Shown: positions 1 through 13,800 of the stretch, in pieces
Layout: every line of letters begins with the position of its first letter
Numbering within the stretch: the first letter of the stretch is position 1
Origin: Strigamia acuminata
Lineage: Eukaryota
Length of the DNA: 64,000 nt
NCBI GenBank assembly: GCA_949358305.1
Contig: OX442314.1
Coordinates: 13,826,001 to 13,890,000, forward strand
Direction: 5' to 3'
Notes under the pieces: model-generated
The model's database searches: none
What the model was told of the DNA's origin: nothing
Seen by the model: the letters and a program-made list of their open reading frames with translations, nothing else
Position numbers and translations under genes: made by a program

Positions 1-117
1 TTATCTAGACTGTGACTATTATGTGACTCAAGTAATAATAATAACAATAGAAAAGACGTGCATCGAATTTTTACTTTTTATTTTTATTAATTTCCTTAAT
101 AAAACCACATCCAACAG

Positions 118-3100
118 TATACCATATTCAGTGTCTTCAACGACCGTCGCCTTTACCGGCCGATAAATGCGATTCGTTCCACGAAAAATTGATCAACAAA
201 GAGGGTTCCATCAGCACGTCCGAATCGTACGAGGTAATTAAAATGAATTCAAATAAAGGGCTGTTTAATCATAGTAATAGCTTCATAACATCAAGTGACC
301 ACTCCCTCGTAACATTCATCGAGCAGGTCGTTAATTAAATTTTTACTTTCATCCGCGTAAACGGGGCGGTGGACATGAACCGATGACATTTGATGTTATC
401 GTTAAAAAGCCGTTTATGATCTAAGCTCGTGTTTTAGCACGTGGAGTGTCGACAGCCATGTTTTGTGTTTGCAGGACAAGCAACTGGACAACGGTGAGAC
501 TCTGAACATGGTACTTGATGAGGATTTCCTTTCTATATCGTCTTCCATGACGAGTTCGTTGGCTGCACACACGACCACTGATTTATGTAACAACACAGTG
601 GACATTCCAACAAACAGGTTGCTTGGCTGCACCCAACAAGGCGACCCAAATGGTCGGCAATCCGCCCACGCTGAGGACCACTCCCTGTCTCGCAACGCCA
701 GTTTCAGCTCGGTACAAGCACGTGCACTTGTGCCTATGCACAACTCCTCCAGTGTTGCAGTGGGTCCTGATCAAGCATTTCCTGAGGTATTGGGTGTTGC
801 ATCTGGCATTGGAAAATGCAAGCTAGAAACTGCAAGCAGCAACACCAGTCTCCAGTCTGCTTTTTCAGGCGATTCACTGGATCAGTTGGGGGATAATGGA
901 GTTGGCATTGAGAAACAAGAACGCTCGAAATCTCTGTCGCTCGGGACTAATTCAGGTAATTTTGTTTTAATTTTTTAATTTTAATTTTTCATTTATATAC
1001 GGTGAAAACTTAATGAACTTTTGAAAGCGAATAACCTGTTTGTGTTTGATTACCATCTGATAAGTGAGTCAGGACTCCTTTTATTTGTGGTGACTGGTGA
1101 TTCGTTGACGGCATTCAATTGGCCGCTTTCGTTGGTAACCGCTCGAGGTGATGCGTAATTACATACCGTAACCCAACTCACTAGTGCGTGCAGGGGTTGT
1201 TGTTGAGGCTAGCTTCCCTCTTGTGGCGGCCCCGGCCTATTCAAATGAATCGGACGTGCATAACCTCTTCCTGTTTAATGTTCATTTAAAAGTTGAAACG
1301 TTGCCACTTTGGTGAACCGTGTGTAGGGGTTGTATATTTTTATAACATGTTTTCGTTTTTTAGGAGAGGTAAAAATGGTTTTTAAATATTTTTTGTTTTG
1401 TTTTTTTTGTCTAAATAATAATTGTTTCTTGTTTTTTTGAAGTTAAAGGTGCGAAATCCCGTAGTAAAAAAGCCAGTGAACTTGACGCTGTCACATCTGA
1501 TTGCATCTTAACAATAAATGCGGACGAAGAAGAAACTTCTCCGACTTCTTTTCAGCGAGTGCCACCGACAGCATTTACCGTCGAATTTGATGATACGAAA
1601 GATACGAACAAAAATAAAAAATTGGACATAAAGGACAGTATCAGTAAATTTGCTCCACAAAAATACGAGGCCGAACGATTGGGTCACAGGAGAAATTCAA
1701 GCTTGGGCAAAGTTGATGAACATAAAGTGAGTTGAATAGACACTTGTTTAAAAATTAAATACATTGAGTGCGTAGATATATACATTTACGCGTACAATTT
1801 GATAACGAAAACCAAAGTGAATATGATATTTGTAGGTTTTAGAACTCTTTTCTGGTGAAAATGGAGATCATGATTGTCGAAAGGTACTTAAAAGTACAGT
1901 AAGATACAGAAAAAAAAACCTTCAAATCGCACGTTAATCACTACACAAATGCACACTATAATGCAGAGTTTTCTACGTCTTAGCATGTTAGTTTTATTTG
2001 CACAAGTAATACACGTTGGTGGGATAATTTGCTGCGAAATGAGCGCTTGAATTAAGGATGTGCACTAAAACTTAGTCGTGACTAAAATATAATACACTTA
2101 TGCACTCTCTTTGCAATATAATTATGAGTTTACAACTGAAATTTTAACAAAATAAGTAGGGTAAATAAATTTGTATCATTAATTTCTGTTTTTTTTTTTA
2201 AATGGATTTTCAGTTGGGTGGCAGGTGCAAAGGCGATCAACTAAGCCCAGAACTTGGAAGTGAAAAGGATTACATAATCTCCAATCATAAAAAAATTGGC
2301 AATTTGCGACGCGGTTATCATTCCGAGGGCTATTTTTCCAGTGATCAAGATGATGATCTCAGCGCAAAGAGCGAATTGATGGTTTTAAAGCGATCCAAGT
2401 TGACTGATAAAGGTGAGGCATTTAATATCAAATTAATAGTAAATCGTTTAAATTCATTTTTTTTTTTTTTTTTTTGCAGATTCTGTTCATGTGAGTGGAT
2501 ATATACAGCAGCATTTTTCTGACAAAAATAAACTGAAGAATAAAGAAACCAATAGGTGTGTTAATTCTTCAGCTGCATTTCTGATTAACAAAATGCTCAA
2601 TAGTAATGTAAAAGAGCTTCCACCTACATCTGCTCGTAAAGCATCTCCGAGCAACAGATCTTCTGAGTTTGTACCTGTACCGAATAAAGACATGTCAGAG
2701 TTTTCAACATCTCCCACAAACGATGAGCGGAAAGTCAGCAGACCTACGGCTTTGCCCGTTAAGTCTTCCCTCGGAGAACGAAGCATTCCGAGCAGATGCG
2801 AGGGAAGTCCCACTAGACGCGTTCGAAGCCCAGGGAGCAGCCCGGGACGTCTAGGTAGTCCAGGCAGACGGCGTAGTCCTGGAAAAATGGGAACTGACGA
2901 CACGAAAGAAAACGTCAGCGAGTCGGGAACTTACACAATTGATAAAGAAAGTCCGAATTTAGAGTTGGAAGAGGCGAGAAGAAATATTGACAGGGTGTTT
3001 GGGATAACGGTGGAGGAAAACGAAGATGAAGAAGTGGAAGCTGTTATTTCGGGGCCCAGGGCTCCGTATCTGCAAGAGATGAGGTCGTCACAATTTAGTC

Positions 3101-5391
3101 CCGAAAGTGAATCTTCGAAATCTAAAGTAAGATGGGAAATTGTCGTAATTGAATCTGAGTTGACACTTTTTTTTTTCTTTTGTTTCAGGCTGAAAGTCTT
3201 TCGAAGAAAAGTTCCCAAAAGAGTTCGCCATTATGGACTCCTGAATTGTCGGTCTTTCGGAGTAAAAATTCTCCTGCTTCAGATTTTGATGGATCCTCAC
3301 AAACAACTTTAACAGCCCAGAAATGTAAAGTAGATTTAGTTTAGTTTTGTTTTTGTTTTATTTAAGTTGATGTTTGTTTTTAGCATTATCAAATTCGGTA
3401 ACTTCCAACGGATTAAAGCTTCATTTTTCGGATAAACAACGACCGAGAAGGAAATTGCCCACGCCACCTGTAGATAAACTTCCGTTCTCGTTAGCGATTG
3501 CTCGAACCAGTGATATTCTCGAAGACGGTGCCAGTAGTGGAAGTGATATAATGCCCAACAAAACACTACACGTAACGACGCCAACCGAGGGCAATTTCGA
3601 CACGGAAAGGCATTTGAGGGAAACCGAAACGCTCGTGTCCGCGATGGAAGCGCGAATGGACCATCATAAGAGCCTGTTGCTGGCAATGGGCGGCTCTTAC
3701 GAGTCCCGTGACTCGGGCGGAGAGTCTGACGTGGATACGAGCACTGCCAGTTACGACAAGTCGCTCAAACAGGATAAAAACATTGGAAAACGCTTGAGTA
3801 GTCAATTGAAGGCCAAACTGAAGGAGTTGGACAACGCCATGCAACGAGGTTCGGTGCGCAGTCCGAACCAAAGGACTGTAGGCACCCAAATGCAGGAGCA
3901 AGACGCTGCCCCGTTCTCGGACAACGAAACTGTAAGTGTCGCGTCCGATATTTCGAGCAGCAGTGATATCAGCGGATCTCCAAAACCTAATCGAAAACGA
4001 TCTGAAAAATTGCAGCCGACGATGAAATTTAACCGTGCGTTTAGTTTGAGGCGTGCAAGATTAGGATATTGTTCGGACGGCGGCGAGGAGAAAATGAAGC
4101 CGGTTGTGAGCCGAGCCAGTGTAGTCCCGGTGCAGACGGCGAGGCCGAAAAGGGAGGAGAAAAAAAGCGAGCCAGCCAGTAAAGCTCGTCCCACGCCTTC
4201 GGGGTCTGCTAATTTATCGCGAAACGACGGCGGAAGGTTCAGTTTGCGGGCGCAGAAAAATCCTTCGAAGAGCGCTTCGTCCGGGAAGTCGGAGGAGTCT
4301 GTGAGGTCGCGACCGCGAACTATTGGCTCAAGATCGACCGCCACGCGAAGCAATTCAACGCTGTCGTCGAAGGAAACGGAGATGAAAAATTGGAAACGGA
4401 GGAAGGAATACGATCCCATGAAAGCGGCGGCTGCGGGCCGGAAGAAGGAGGTGGTGAAGAAAACGGGATCCAAGGAACCGGTTATTCAACCGACGCCCGT
4501 TAATCTCCAACGATCGGCATCCTTTCACGGCAGCGAAGTTCTTCGAGTAAGAAAGACGACCTACTTGTCCGAAGATAATACGGTGCCTGGGACGACGCAG
4601 GAGGCGGTTATTAACGCCGTGTGTCACGACGACGACGACGACGATGATTTCGATTTCAGTCCTGCGATACAGAGTGAACTGTGCGGACAATCGTCAAGTA
4701 AAAGTGTACGATTTTGTTTGGTCTGTTTTTGGTCGAATTTTTTGAAGGATTTTTATTTATATTTTTAGATTTCTGTTACTGATGACGAGTATCCGAACGA
4801 TTATTTGACACGGGGTCATGCGGATACGTCGTGGAACTCGGCTCGACCCGCTCCGAGCGGTACGAGGGATCGGCATAATAAAAATAAATTTGAAGTAATT
4901 TTGGGTTTTTTTGTTATTGGTGATGTTTTGATTGTTGTTTTTAATGATTGAAGGCTCTGGATAATTTGGTTATCACAACTATACATCAGTTGTCTTCGAA
5001 GCTGTGTACTCAAACGGAATCCGTTCTTAGAAAAGTCAAGTATGTTTTGTTTTTCGCTTTGAATTAAATTGTCGTTATTGTCGATTAAATTTTATAGAGA
5101 TCAGACTGCAACGACCAGTGATGGGTGTCATTATTTACAAGATTGGATAAATAATTTCAGTTCGCCAGATACACCCATGTCGCCGAATGCGAGAAACACA
5201 TCGCGGGAATTAGCAGGGACTTTAAAGAATCTCAAGAAGTTGGAAAAGGGGTTACAAGGTATAAATTATACTAATTCAATTAGTTAATTATTTTAATGTA
5301 ATGTGAATTGTGTTTTTTTTTAGTTTTGGATAACCTTATCTCCGGCTCTTCAAAAAAAAGTAACGGTGCTCGAGAAGACGTGTTTTATTGA
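118..5391 (+). CDS. CEP170: CEP170/CEP170B-family centrosomal protein, 5'-partial. Phase-consistent exons: 118-233, 475-955, 1443-1726, 1836-1883, 2214-2412, 2480-3126, 3189-3324, 3384-4705, 4769-4894, 4954-5039, 5098-5258, 5324-5391 (TGA)
   Basis: All introns are GT-AG and phases join into one open frame. Recognised CEP170 motifs: PTAFTVEFDD, SESGTYTIDKE...EEARRNIDRVFGI, FSLRRARLG, and the C-terminal LDNLVITTIHQLSSKL and RELAGTLKNLKKLEKGLQVLDNLI. The N-terminal FHA domain is expected upstream of the window. Confidence 0.88.
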
Positions 5392-5946
5392 ATTTTAACT
5401 TAAAGCGTTTATTTCTTTCTTTCTTCTTTTTTTTTTTTTATAAAAAAAAATACCTGGAAATTAATTTTGTTACAAGAATGATTTCTTATATTATAGATTT
5501 TATATTTTTAATTTTGCTTATACCAACTTGATAGCAACTACTTATAAATATATTTCTCTTGCAAAGGTCACAAGAATTGTTGCTTTCATTTTTAATTTTA
5601 TATTTAAAAGGAGGTGCGAGATGAAACAATTGTTGCCAGATCGAGATAGAATATTCTTTCCTATGGTGCTAGGAGAATTTTCGTACATTAAACAAAATTG
5701 TTCCCAGTGTGATGTTTTAGTATATCAATTTTTTTAAGTGTTTAGAAGTGTGCCTTAAGAATGAGAGAGTATTTAACAACTTAATAGAAAAAAAGAATCA
5801 TTCTCGTACTACTTTGACAAAAGTTTTGAGACCTCTTGTGTATTATAATTATTTGTGTTGTAATAAATAAGTTGCATATTCTTTTTGTCTTTTTACCTAC
5901 TTTCATGCTGCTGAAAATCCTGTAATTCTCGTATACACCGGTAAAG

Positions 5947-5986
5947 AATAAAAATTAATTATTTTAGTTTTATAATTAGATTTATT
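5947..5986. terminator. Convergent polyadenylation signals: AATAAA (+) 5947-5952 for CEP170 and AATAAA (-) 5986-5981 for SIVA1
   Basis: Canonical hexamers downstream of each stop codon. An alternative + strand AATAAA lies at ~5862. Confidence 0.45.
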
Positions 5987-6062
5987 TACAAAATTAAAAG
6001 CTTTTCAATAAAAATTCTTAGTAGATAAATGAATGTATATAAAATGTAGTGTAACGAATTAA

Positions 6063-6715
6063 TTATGACAGGCACGAAAGGCAAGTTACCGATTCAAAAT
6101 GTCGATCGTATCTGCAAAAAGAATGAGAGATGTCGAGTTTTCTATGATAAAATATTAAAATATTAACTGATCTTACGAAATTAAAGAACACAGTTGACAG
6201 AAGTTTCCCGAGCAGCAAACGCAAAGTTGGGCGCATTTATCACAAATAAATTTTTCACAAAAATCACAAATTGACGAATTGCTCGCATTAATTTTGTTTC
6301 GACACGAAACACACGCAGATGACAAGTCAATGTGCTTTAAATTGTTCCCTGAAAACAATCAATTGTTAGTACGTGCAAACTATACAGGTAATCAAATCCT
6401 ACCATTTTTCATTGAAAGCTGACCATTATGTCCAAACTGAAGTTGTTTATACACCGCTTGTTGATTGGGACCGTGATTGGACATTCTAGATTGTGTTTCT
6501 TGTATAATTTTCGATTTTGACTGATCTGGAAGTAAATAAACCATATAATACATTTATGACCACGACTGTACTTACGCTGTATTAATTATGAAATTACCAA
6601 TGTTATTATTATGATTGGGGAGAGCGTTCATTGCTGACCTCATCAGTTTTTCGGTAACATGGCATTTTAGCAGTCGGTAAGAACAGTCTTGGAAAGGATA
6701 ACTTCGTTTGGTCAT
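6063..6715 (-). CDS. SIVA1: Apoptosis regulatory protein Siva. Exons 6715-6598, 6525-6403, 6348-6177, 6111-6063 (TAA)
   Basis: N-terminus MTKRSYPFQDCSYRLLKCHV resembles SIVA MPKRSCPF...LKVRV. Central QLQFGHNGQL. Cys-rich C-terminus CVSC...CDFCEKFICDKCAQLCVCCSGNFCQLCS...SYDRHFESVTCLSC. GT-AG introns with matching phases. Confidence 0.9.
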
Positions 6716-6889
6716 TTCTAGGATGGGTAATTCGGAATTTCTCAGTCTAGTGGTTCAAGGTTGTTGAGTTTCGCGGTCCCGTGTTCGCGCTTCGACCTCA
6801 TCCACTTAACTACTAGCGACATCTTGCGAGAGGCAAGTGAATTTAAATTTAAATTTACTACGGTATGCTGCATGTGCGATAACAACTTG

Positions 6890-6895
6890 TTTATT
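6890..6895 (-). terminator. Candidate THADA polyadenylation signal
   Basis: TTTATT on + (AATAAA on -) about 390 nt after the THADA stop and about 175 nt before the SIVA1 ATG. Confidence 0.4.
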
Positions 6896-7285
6896 GTCAA
6901 TTAATTAATGGTACAATACGAATAATTTTTTGTTTTCACAAAAATACTTCGATAATAGGTACAATAAGATACTATAATTATTTACAAATATTTATCTTAT
7001 CTTTTCTACCAGACTTGTACAGTATACTTTAGCCTAAATCCTAAACAGATGGAATGTTTTGAAAACGTGAAATAATTTAATTACACATTCAGAATCACAT
7101 TAAGTATAAACCAATCAAAAAAGTAAATTATTAAAGCTGCGATACGTATTGTAAAAACAATCAATTCAGTTACAAACTAATTGAAAGTAGTATAAAGTTG
7201 TATTTAAGAAATAATAATTAAAAATAAAATAAAAGGATTATCAATTTTTTTAAAAAAATGCTAAAAAATCAAATACTTGTACATT

Positions 7286-10200
7286 TTAATTATCACTTTG
7301 GGATAACACGCAGGAAACTTTCTTAATTTCCATCATCATGATAAAAATCAAATGGTTAACATGAGGCAAATTCGAGGCGAATTTACTCATCAGCATATTT
7401 TCGATCTCGATCATACTTTGTCTTTGAGTGGCGTCATATTTTCCCAGACTAGTGACGACCATAACTCGGCGATACGTACGTAAAATTTGCCTCTCAAAAT
7501 GACGACAGACGAATGGCGATTTGTTGGTGATAGCCGGTATTTCGGATAAAAGGATGATAAGTTCTTCGCTCACCATAGAGACGATATCCCGCAACAAAAC
7601 GTGATCGGCGTGTTCCAAATTATCCGCGCTCGGCAACCAAGATGTCACTTGGTAAGTAGGAATAGTGAAATTTGTCATTACTCGATCTTTGATAATGGGA
7701 GACATAGACAGAACAGCCAAACTGTCTGAAGTAAGACTCTCGGGAATTTGTTTTTCTTGAATATCGCTGCGGTCTATTTCGGCAAAATTCGCGAGCGATG
7801 CTCCTTTAATATTCTCCTCGCCGAAAGGATTATTCGGCAGCGTGTTGAGCTTAATCCCCCCAAAAACATGACGTAATAGTCGTTTTAAATGTTTGATGAC
7901 GACATTAGTAACGGTGATTTCCTCAGCATAAATATTCATTTCTCCTTTGTCAAAAATACGTTCTTCTTCCTATGAAGAATTGACATTATTGTTTGTTAGT
8001 TAAACGCTGGGAATAGAAAATACTTTTAGAAATCCTTCGCTGGTTTCTTCTCTTAGACACCAGTCGAGAAGCGTCGTGAGACATTCGGTTTGATATTTAT
8101 CTCCAAATTGCTCCACGAAATACCCAATAACTAAATCAAGTGCAACAGTCGGCTGCACATCAAACGGATGCCATTCTAATCCTGTAATTACGATTTGGTT
8201 GATTAATAACTAAAACCGCTGGAAACTATTTTAATATTCACCGTTTTGATTGAAACCAGGAAGTGGTGGAAAACTTTCGAAAATATTGATGATTTCTGAC
8301 ACTTTGCGTTTGATTCCGGGATCATCATCCATTAAAAGACGGACCAATGCACTCCATACTAAACAACTAGCAGACCCTAAAATAACAAATAATTAAAAAC
8401 AATCAATAAATTGAATAGAGATATTTTCAATACCCAAGATGTTATGCGGATCTGTGAGTAAGTAATTTGCAACACTGAAAAGAACTTCGGCTGCAGTTCT
8501 TCGTGTGTTCAAACTCTGCTCTGAAGAGCAGCAAAGTAAAAAAGCGTCTGCCCATTCTTCTAAAATCGATCTGGGCTGAAGATCAATCCCTTCTGGCGCC
8601 TGAATTAAAAATATAAATCAAAATTATTCACACAAAAATTATTATAATTAATAATTGCATATAAATATACTTCTGCTAAATCAAGATAAACTTGCGACAC
8701 CAAGTAACCAGAAAATCGAAGAAGGGAACATCGTAATTCATCCCTAAAACAAAATCAAAACGTAAACAAATTAATTAATAATATCTCAAAATGCATACCT
8801 AAGTTCAGCTTCTCCACGCTGCAAAATAATATCTAATTTTTCAAGTGAATTGAGACTTTTATTCGGTTCTTCAGGATCTGGCCAAGGCAACTGTATGGCC
8901 AATGGAAACAAGCAAAGCAGATGGAAGAGCTGTAAAGAGATTATGACAAAACTCATTTTAAAATGACATTATACGATAATATTTACCTCTATGACGCACT
9001 CAGGGTGTTCCTCCTGCTCTGTTGCCATCGCAACGAGTGCTAATATTACATTTTTAGACATTAGTAGTTGTTGGGCACAAAACTGGCCTTGTCTCGAATC
9101 AATTAAAACAGAAAGAGATTTCGGAAGATTCAGTATCACTTCGTCATTTTCAATCAAGGTTGCGAGTTGATAGTCGTTTTGCAGAAGTGCACGCATCCAT
9201 CGCATCACCGTTAGCCGCACCTCATAATATTCATCGCATAGAAGTCGACATATGAGCGCGAAGAATTGTTTAAGCGAATTGAAATCGTCGTGTTTCGAAG
9301 GCGTGCTATCCTCGGATGACGACCAATTCGGCAACGTAGTGTCGTGGTGATACAACGCTTGGCCTTTGAGATCTCCGCCACTCACGCTTCTAGCAAGAGC
9401 GCTCAATTCAGAGGTGCTCCAATGGACAGACGCGTTGATTCCAGCAATGTTTAACGTGAAGACGTAGATTGTGAGAAGAAAGCGGGACATTATTGCACGG
9501 TATAAGGGAAATCCTGGCGTGAACATTTCGTAACCGAGATTATCTAATTCTTCCAATAGAATTTTTTGAATTTCGGAAATAAATTGGGAATCTAAAATAA
9601 AAGAAATAATTAATTAAGTCTACTAGAATGAATATTTCGAGCGGTTGAATTACCCAAGTTTATAAGTTTATTGCTTAATGCAATATCTAAAATGTTCAGG
9701 TATGATATTTTAGTGAAGAGACACGGATTTGATCTGAAAGAAATATAATTAATTTTTAATTTTTAATTTAAAAAAAATGTTTTACCGAGTGCAAATCCAA
9801 ATGCGATTGCTCATCCAGCTTTCAAAATTTTCACCAATGTTTTTGAGGACATCGTGAGGTACGACATGTAATTCTAAAAGTAAATGTTGTATTTGCAGCA
9901 ACACTCCGTGGATATGATTTTGTCGTAATTTCTCTTCAGGCTTCGCTGGAAGACTGTTGATAAAATTCTGAAGCTCCGTGTCGTACGAATTGATCGAAAT
10001 AAGTGGAATTAAAGCTTGAGCTGCCAAGTTTCGGGTTTTTATGATTGCGCTTGAACTGCACGTTTGGATGTGTGGCACGAATGCGGATAACTGTCGGGCG
10101 AAGAATTTGTCGTTAATAAACAACTAAAATTAAACAAAAATTAATAATACTTTCAAATTGGAATCAGATCCTTCCAAAGCCGACGGATACAACCGCGCAA

Positions 10201-10815
10201 GCAGCAGCAGAATTGGATAAAGACTCGGTTGTAGACCTAGTTTGGTGCCATCTGGAGTAATAAACGATTGTTCGGATTTGCAGACGTCTGCAGCGAGCTC
10301 GTTATACAAAAACTGATAAAGACTAGGAAAACGTTGAAAAAACACGCGTCCGGTCATGCAATTTTTCCTCGAGTATTCATCTTTTCCACGTTTTACTCCA
10401 AATATCCTTGTCATCAAGGCACTGAAGAGTAAAGTTGAAGAATTTCGAACCTGAAGATAAAAGATCCGATTGTTAATCTATTTTTTTAAACACAAACAAA
10501 ACAAAACAAAAAAAGAGTCACTTACAGCCCATATTTTGCCCTTAAATCCCAAAATGGCAGCTTTCATTCCATCAGCCACAAATGGCATGACGGGTTCGCC
10601 TAAATGCATGTCTCGATATAATACTCTTAATATATTGAGTGCGTGGACCTAAAAATATATTTTGTGAAGCGTTTATTCGGAAATTTAACCCGTTAACTAT
10701 TACCTGAGCATCTAAATCCGAATACTGTGTGTCCAATGAAAATTGAAGTAGTCTCTGCATAACTTCTTTTAAACAGGCGGAATTAGTTACGGCTGGTTCA
10801 CTCGTGATTAGTGCC

Positions 10816-10855
<40 letters not shown>

Positions 10856-13800
10856 CATGCATTATTTACAAAGTAATTCTAAACGTATTAGTTAGCGTAC
10901 CTGAACCATGAAAGGGATTCCCGCACTCCGTCTTGTTTTGCACAATTTAGGAGACGAAGAACTGTCTTGAATTTGTTGCAATAAATCTTGCAGCCACTGT
11001 TTTGGTAAAAGATGTAACTCGCCTTTAACACTAAGAAAAATGAATTATTATTTACTAAATAAATAGACAGTTAAATCACCAGTTACCTCCATAATCTTGA
11101 ACACATTTTGCAAAATCCAACATATGCTTGTTCGAAAGCTCCGCGGTGTTTTGTTTCCGCCAGCTGACAAGTAAAATAGTCACCAATTCTTAACACTTGA
11201 TTGTGCGTCAGTAAAAATGGTTGTTCATTGTCCTCGGGTAACGGAGATCTTTGGCACAGATCACCGAGTAAGAGAGATATTTCCTTGACAGTTCTCCAGC
11301 TGCATAACAAAACCATCTGAGCCGTCACAGATCTCGCTTTCCCACACGCCTCGTCGGATGAACTGTGAGACATCTTTTCGGTACTGTATCCGAGTGCCTT
11401 TTCGAGGGTCGCATGCAATGCTATTAAGGTTTCTGGTTCAGAATCCATAGGTAAATGCCCTTCGGGTGAAGAATTGTTAACAATCGGTGCAACAACTTCG
11501 TTCAAAAGGAAGCACAATTCCAATAAATTGCTGATGAAAGAAAACCAATACTCGTAGCTTGCCGCAAGATTAAAATCCACTTCGGCGAGCAACATTCTTA
11601 TGCAAAAGAGAAGACCGTACATTGGCGCGCTGTTTGCCGCTTCTAGTAAACTGAATTTCGCGCATTCCAATTCTATTTGCAGTTGGAATAGTAGGACCTC
11701 TAGAACTGCAAATGTTGAATCCATCAGATCCTGTGTTTTGTCATCCAACTTAATATTGTGCAATAAATATTCTTGAAGACTGCTATTTTCCCTAGTTTGC
11801 ATATCTACAGCTGGAGTGTTTCTACCGGATGTGTCTTGACCCATCTTTGACTGGTCTTCCAGAAATTGTTTAGTTGCCATTGCAATGGAAAGAGTAAGTG
11901 GATAATGAACGAGTAACCGAAGTAAATAAGCGGCAGTTACGCTCTCCGAAGGGTGCGGACTAGATGCCAAAGCAAGAGCTGCTTCGAAGATCGCTGATAA
12001 CCGATGCTCATCCTAAATGCAATATAAAAACAGTAAAAATTTAAGTGCCAATTATTTTAAGCTATCAACTAACCTGAAAGCCCATCAGTTCTGCGGGAAT
12101 AACTTTGAGGATGTTTCCTGCCATATTTTTGTTCACTTCGTACGAATCCCTGAGACATTCAAGCAGCGTTTGGACACTTTGGTATGTGAGAGATTGAGTC
12201 AATGAAAAATAATTGCCTGCATGTAAAAAGTAATCTTAATACAACAACAATAATAATAATAAATAAGTAATATCTACACACTTGATGATTGAAAACCGAT
12301 TTGCTGATGGAGTAAATCAAGAATTTGCAATGCGGTTCCTCGTCGAGGAAAGTTTGCGCCCAAATGCAGGGACGAAAACTGTAAAGTTGCCAACCACGTA
12401 ATAAAATCCTGTAATAAAGCGAATATAATCAATAATCATTCAGCTAACAATTTTGCAGCACTTGTGATTACCTGATAGTATGCTAAAGTGCCTTCCAGCG
12501 TCAGAATTTCATTTCCATTTCTGTTTTTCTTTTGTAATGTAGATCTCTTCTTGAGAAGAACTTGGCCGCCATCACGAATACGATTAATCAACTATAATTG
12601 ATTTTAGAGATTAATTACATTAATCATCGGTGTCGTTCTTAAGTTACCTTTTTTATGTAAGCAATTATTTGTTGTCTAAATGCAGATGACTGGTTGCTAA
12701 TATTCTCTGATAAAAAAGTGCCAACCAATTCTAAATCGGATCTGGGGATGATTTCGGTTGTTTTATGAGTTTCGCAAATCAGAGCAAACGCATCTAATCG
12801 GATCTTGAAAACAAAATTTAAAAATAAATTTAAAATATTTGGAAACTTTTCAATATTTTACTTCATCTTTGATATGTCGTAATGCTTGGTACATTACTGA
12901 ATAAGAAAGGACATCATTCCAAAGATTATTATACGAAGATGGAGACGATTGGTTTTTAATTAAACCAATTGCCCGTGCTGTTTTCATGGCTTTCAACAAC
13001 GCACCTAAAGAGGCCCCTGAAAATCAATCGCAAAAAAATATAAACAAAAAATAGTTTAGGATTAGAATTAATTAATTAAAATAAAACCTGAGGTTGGATA
13101 GTCATCATCAATTAACACTGAAGTGATGTAATGGAGAGTGTCAGGATTGCATTTCAGAAGTTGTGTCAATGTAAGCTATTAAAAAAAATTTTAAAAATTT
13201 AAAAAAGTAAAAAATAAAAAATAAAATAAAAAATTTTCAAGTTTGAGAAAAAGTTTTCAGAGGGTAAGAGACTAGATGGCACAATCTGGTCCCTTATCTG
13301 AGCTTGGAAATGAGGTTAGAATAAGGTAACTGTTTATTGACAAGATGGTTTTCCAATACCCCATTTCGATCATCTCAAGTAAGAGTAGGGCGATGACTGT
13401 AATTATTCCGAGCACGATAAAAATTAATGGTTTGTGAAATAGTCTCTTCCCTACTTTCCCAACTTACCTCCAACTCAATGACTGAGGAATCCTGACTGAG
13501 TGCCGTTAGTGTTGGAGTAACCCAAGTAAGTTGCCATTTCGGAAGATCCTCGTGCATCTCTTTAAAGTGGGTGACGAATAACTTTTCAAATAACTCGCTC
13601 GCCTGTAAAATAAAAGTTAATAATAAAAAAAAACTTTACTCGATTTACTCGAGCACTTGATGACAAAGTCAATCAGTTTTTCAAGTACATAGGAAGCCAC
13701 GGATTTTTCCTCCATAGCTGAGAGTAAATCCTGTGGAATGGTTGGTTGTTGTTGAAGGATCTCTTTGGCTCCCACGAAATCGACTAGACTGCACAGCGCG

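Noticed and set aside
414..5013. - strand ORFs such as 3802-4473, 2487-2903 and 414-743
   Set aside because: Antisense shadows of CEP170 coding exons.
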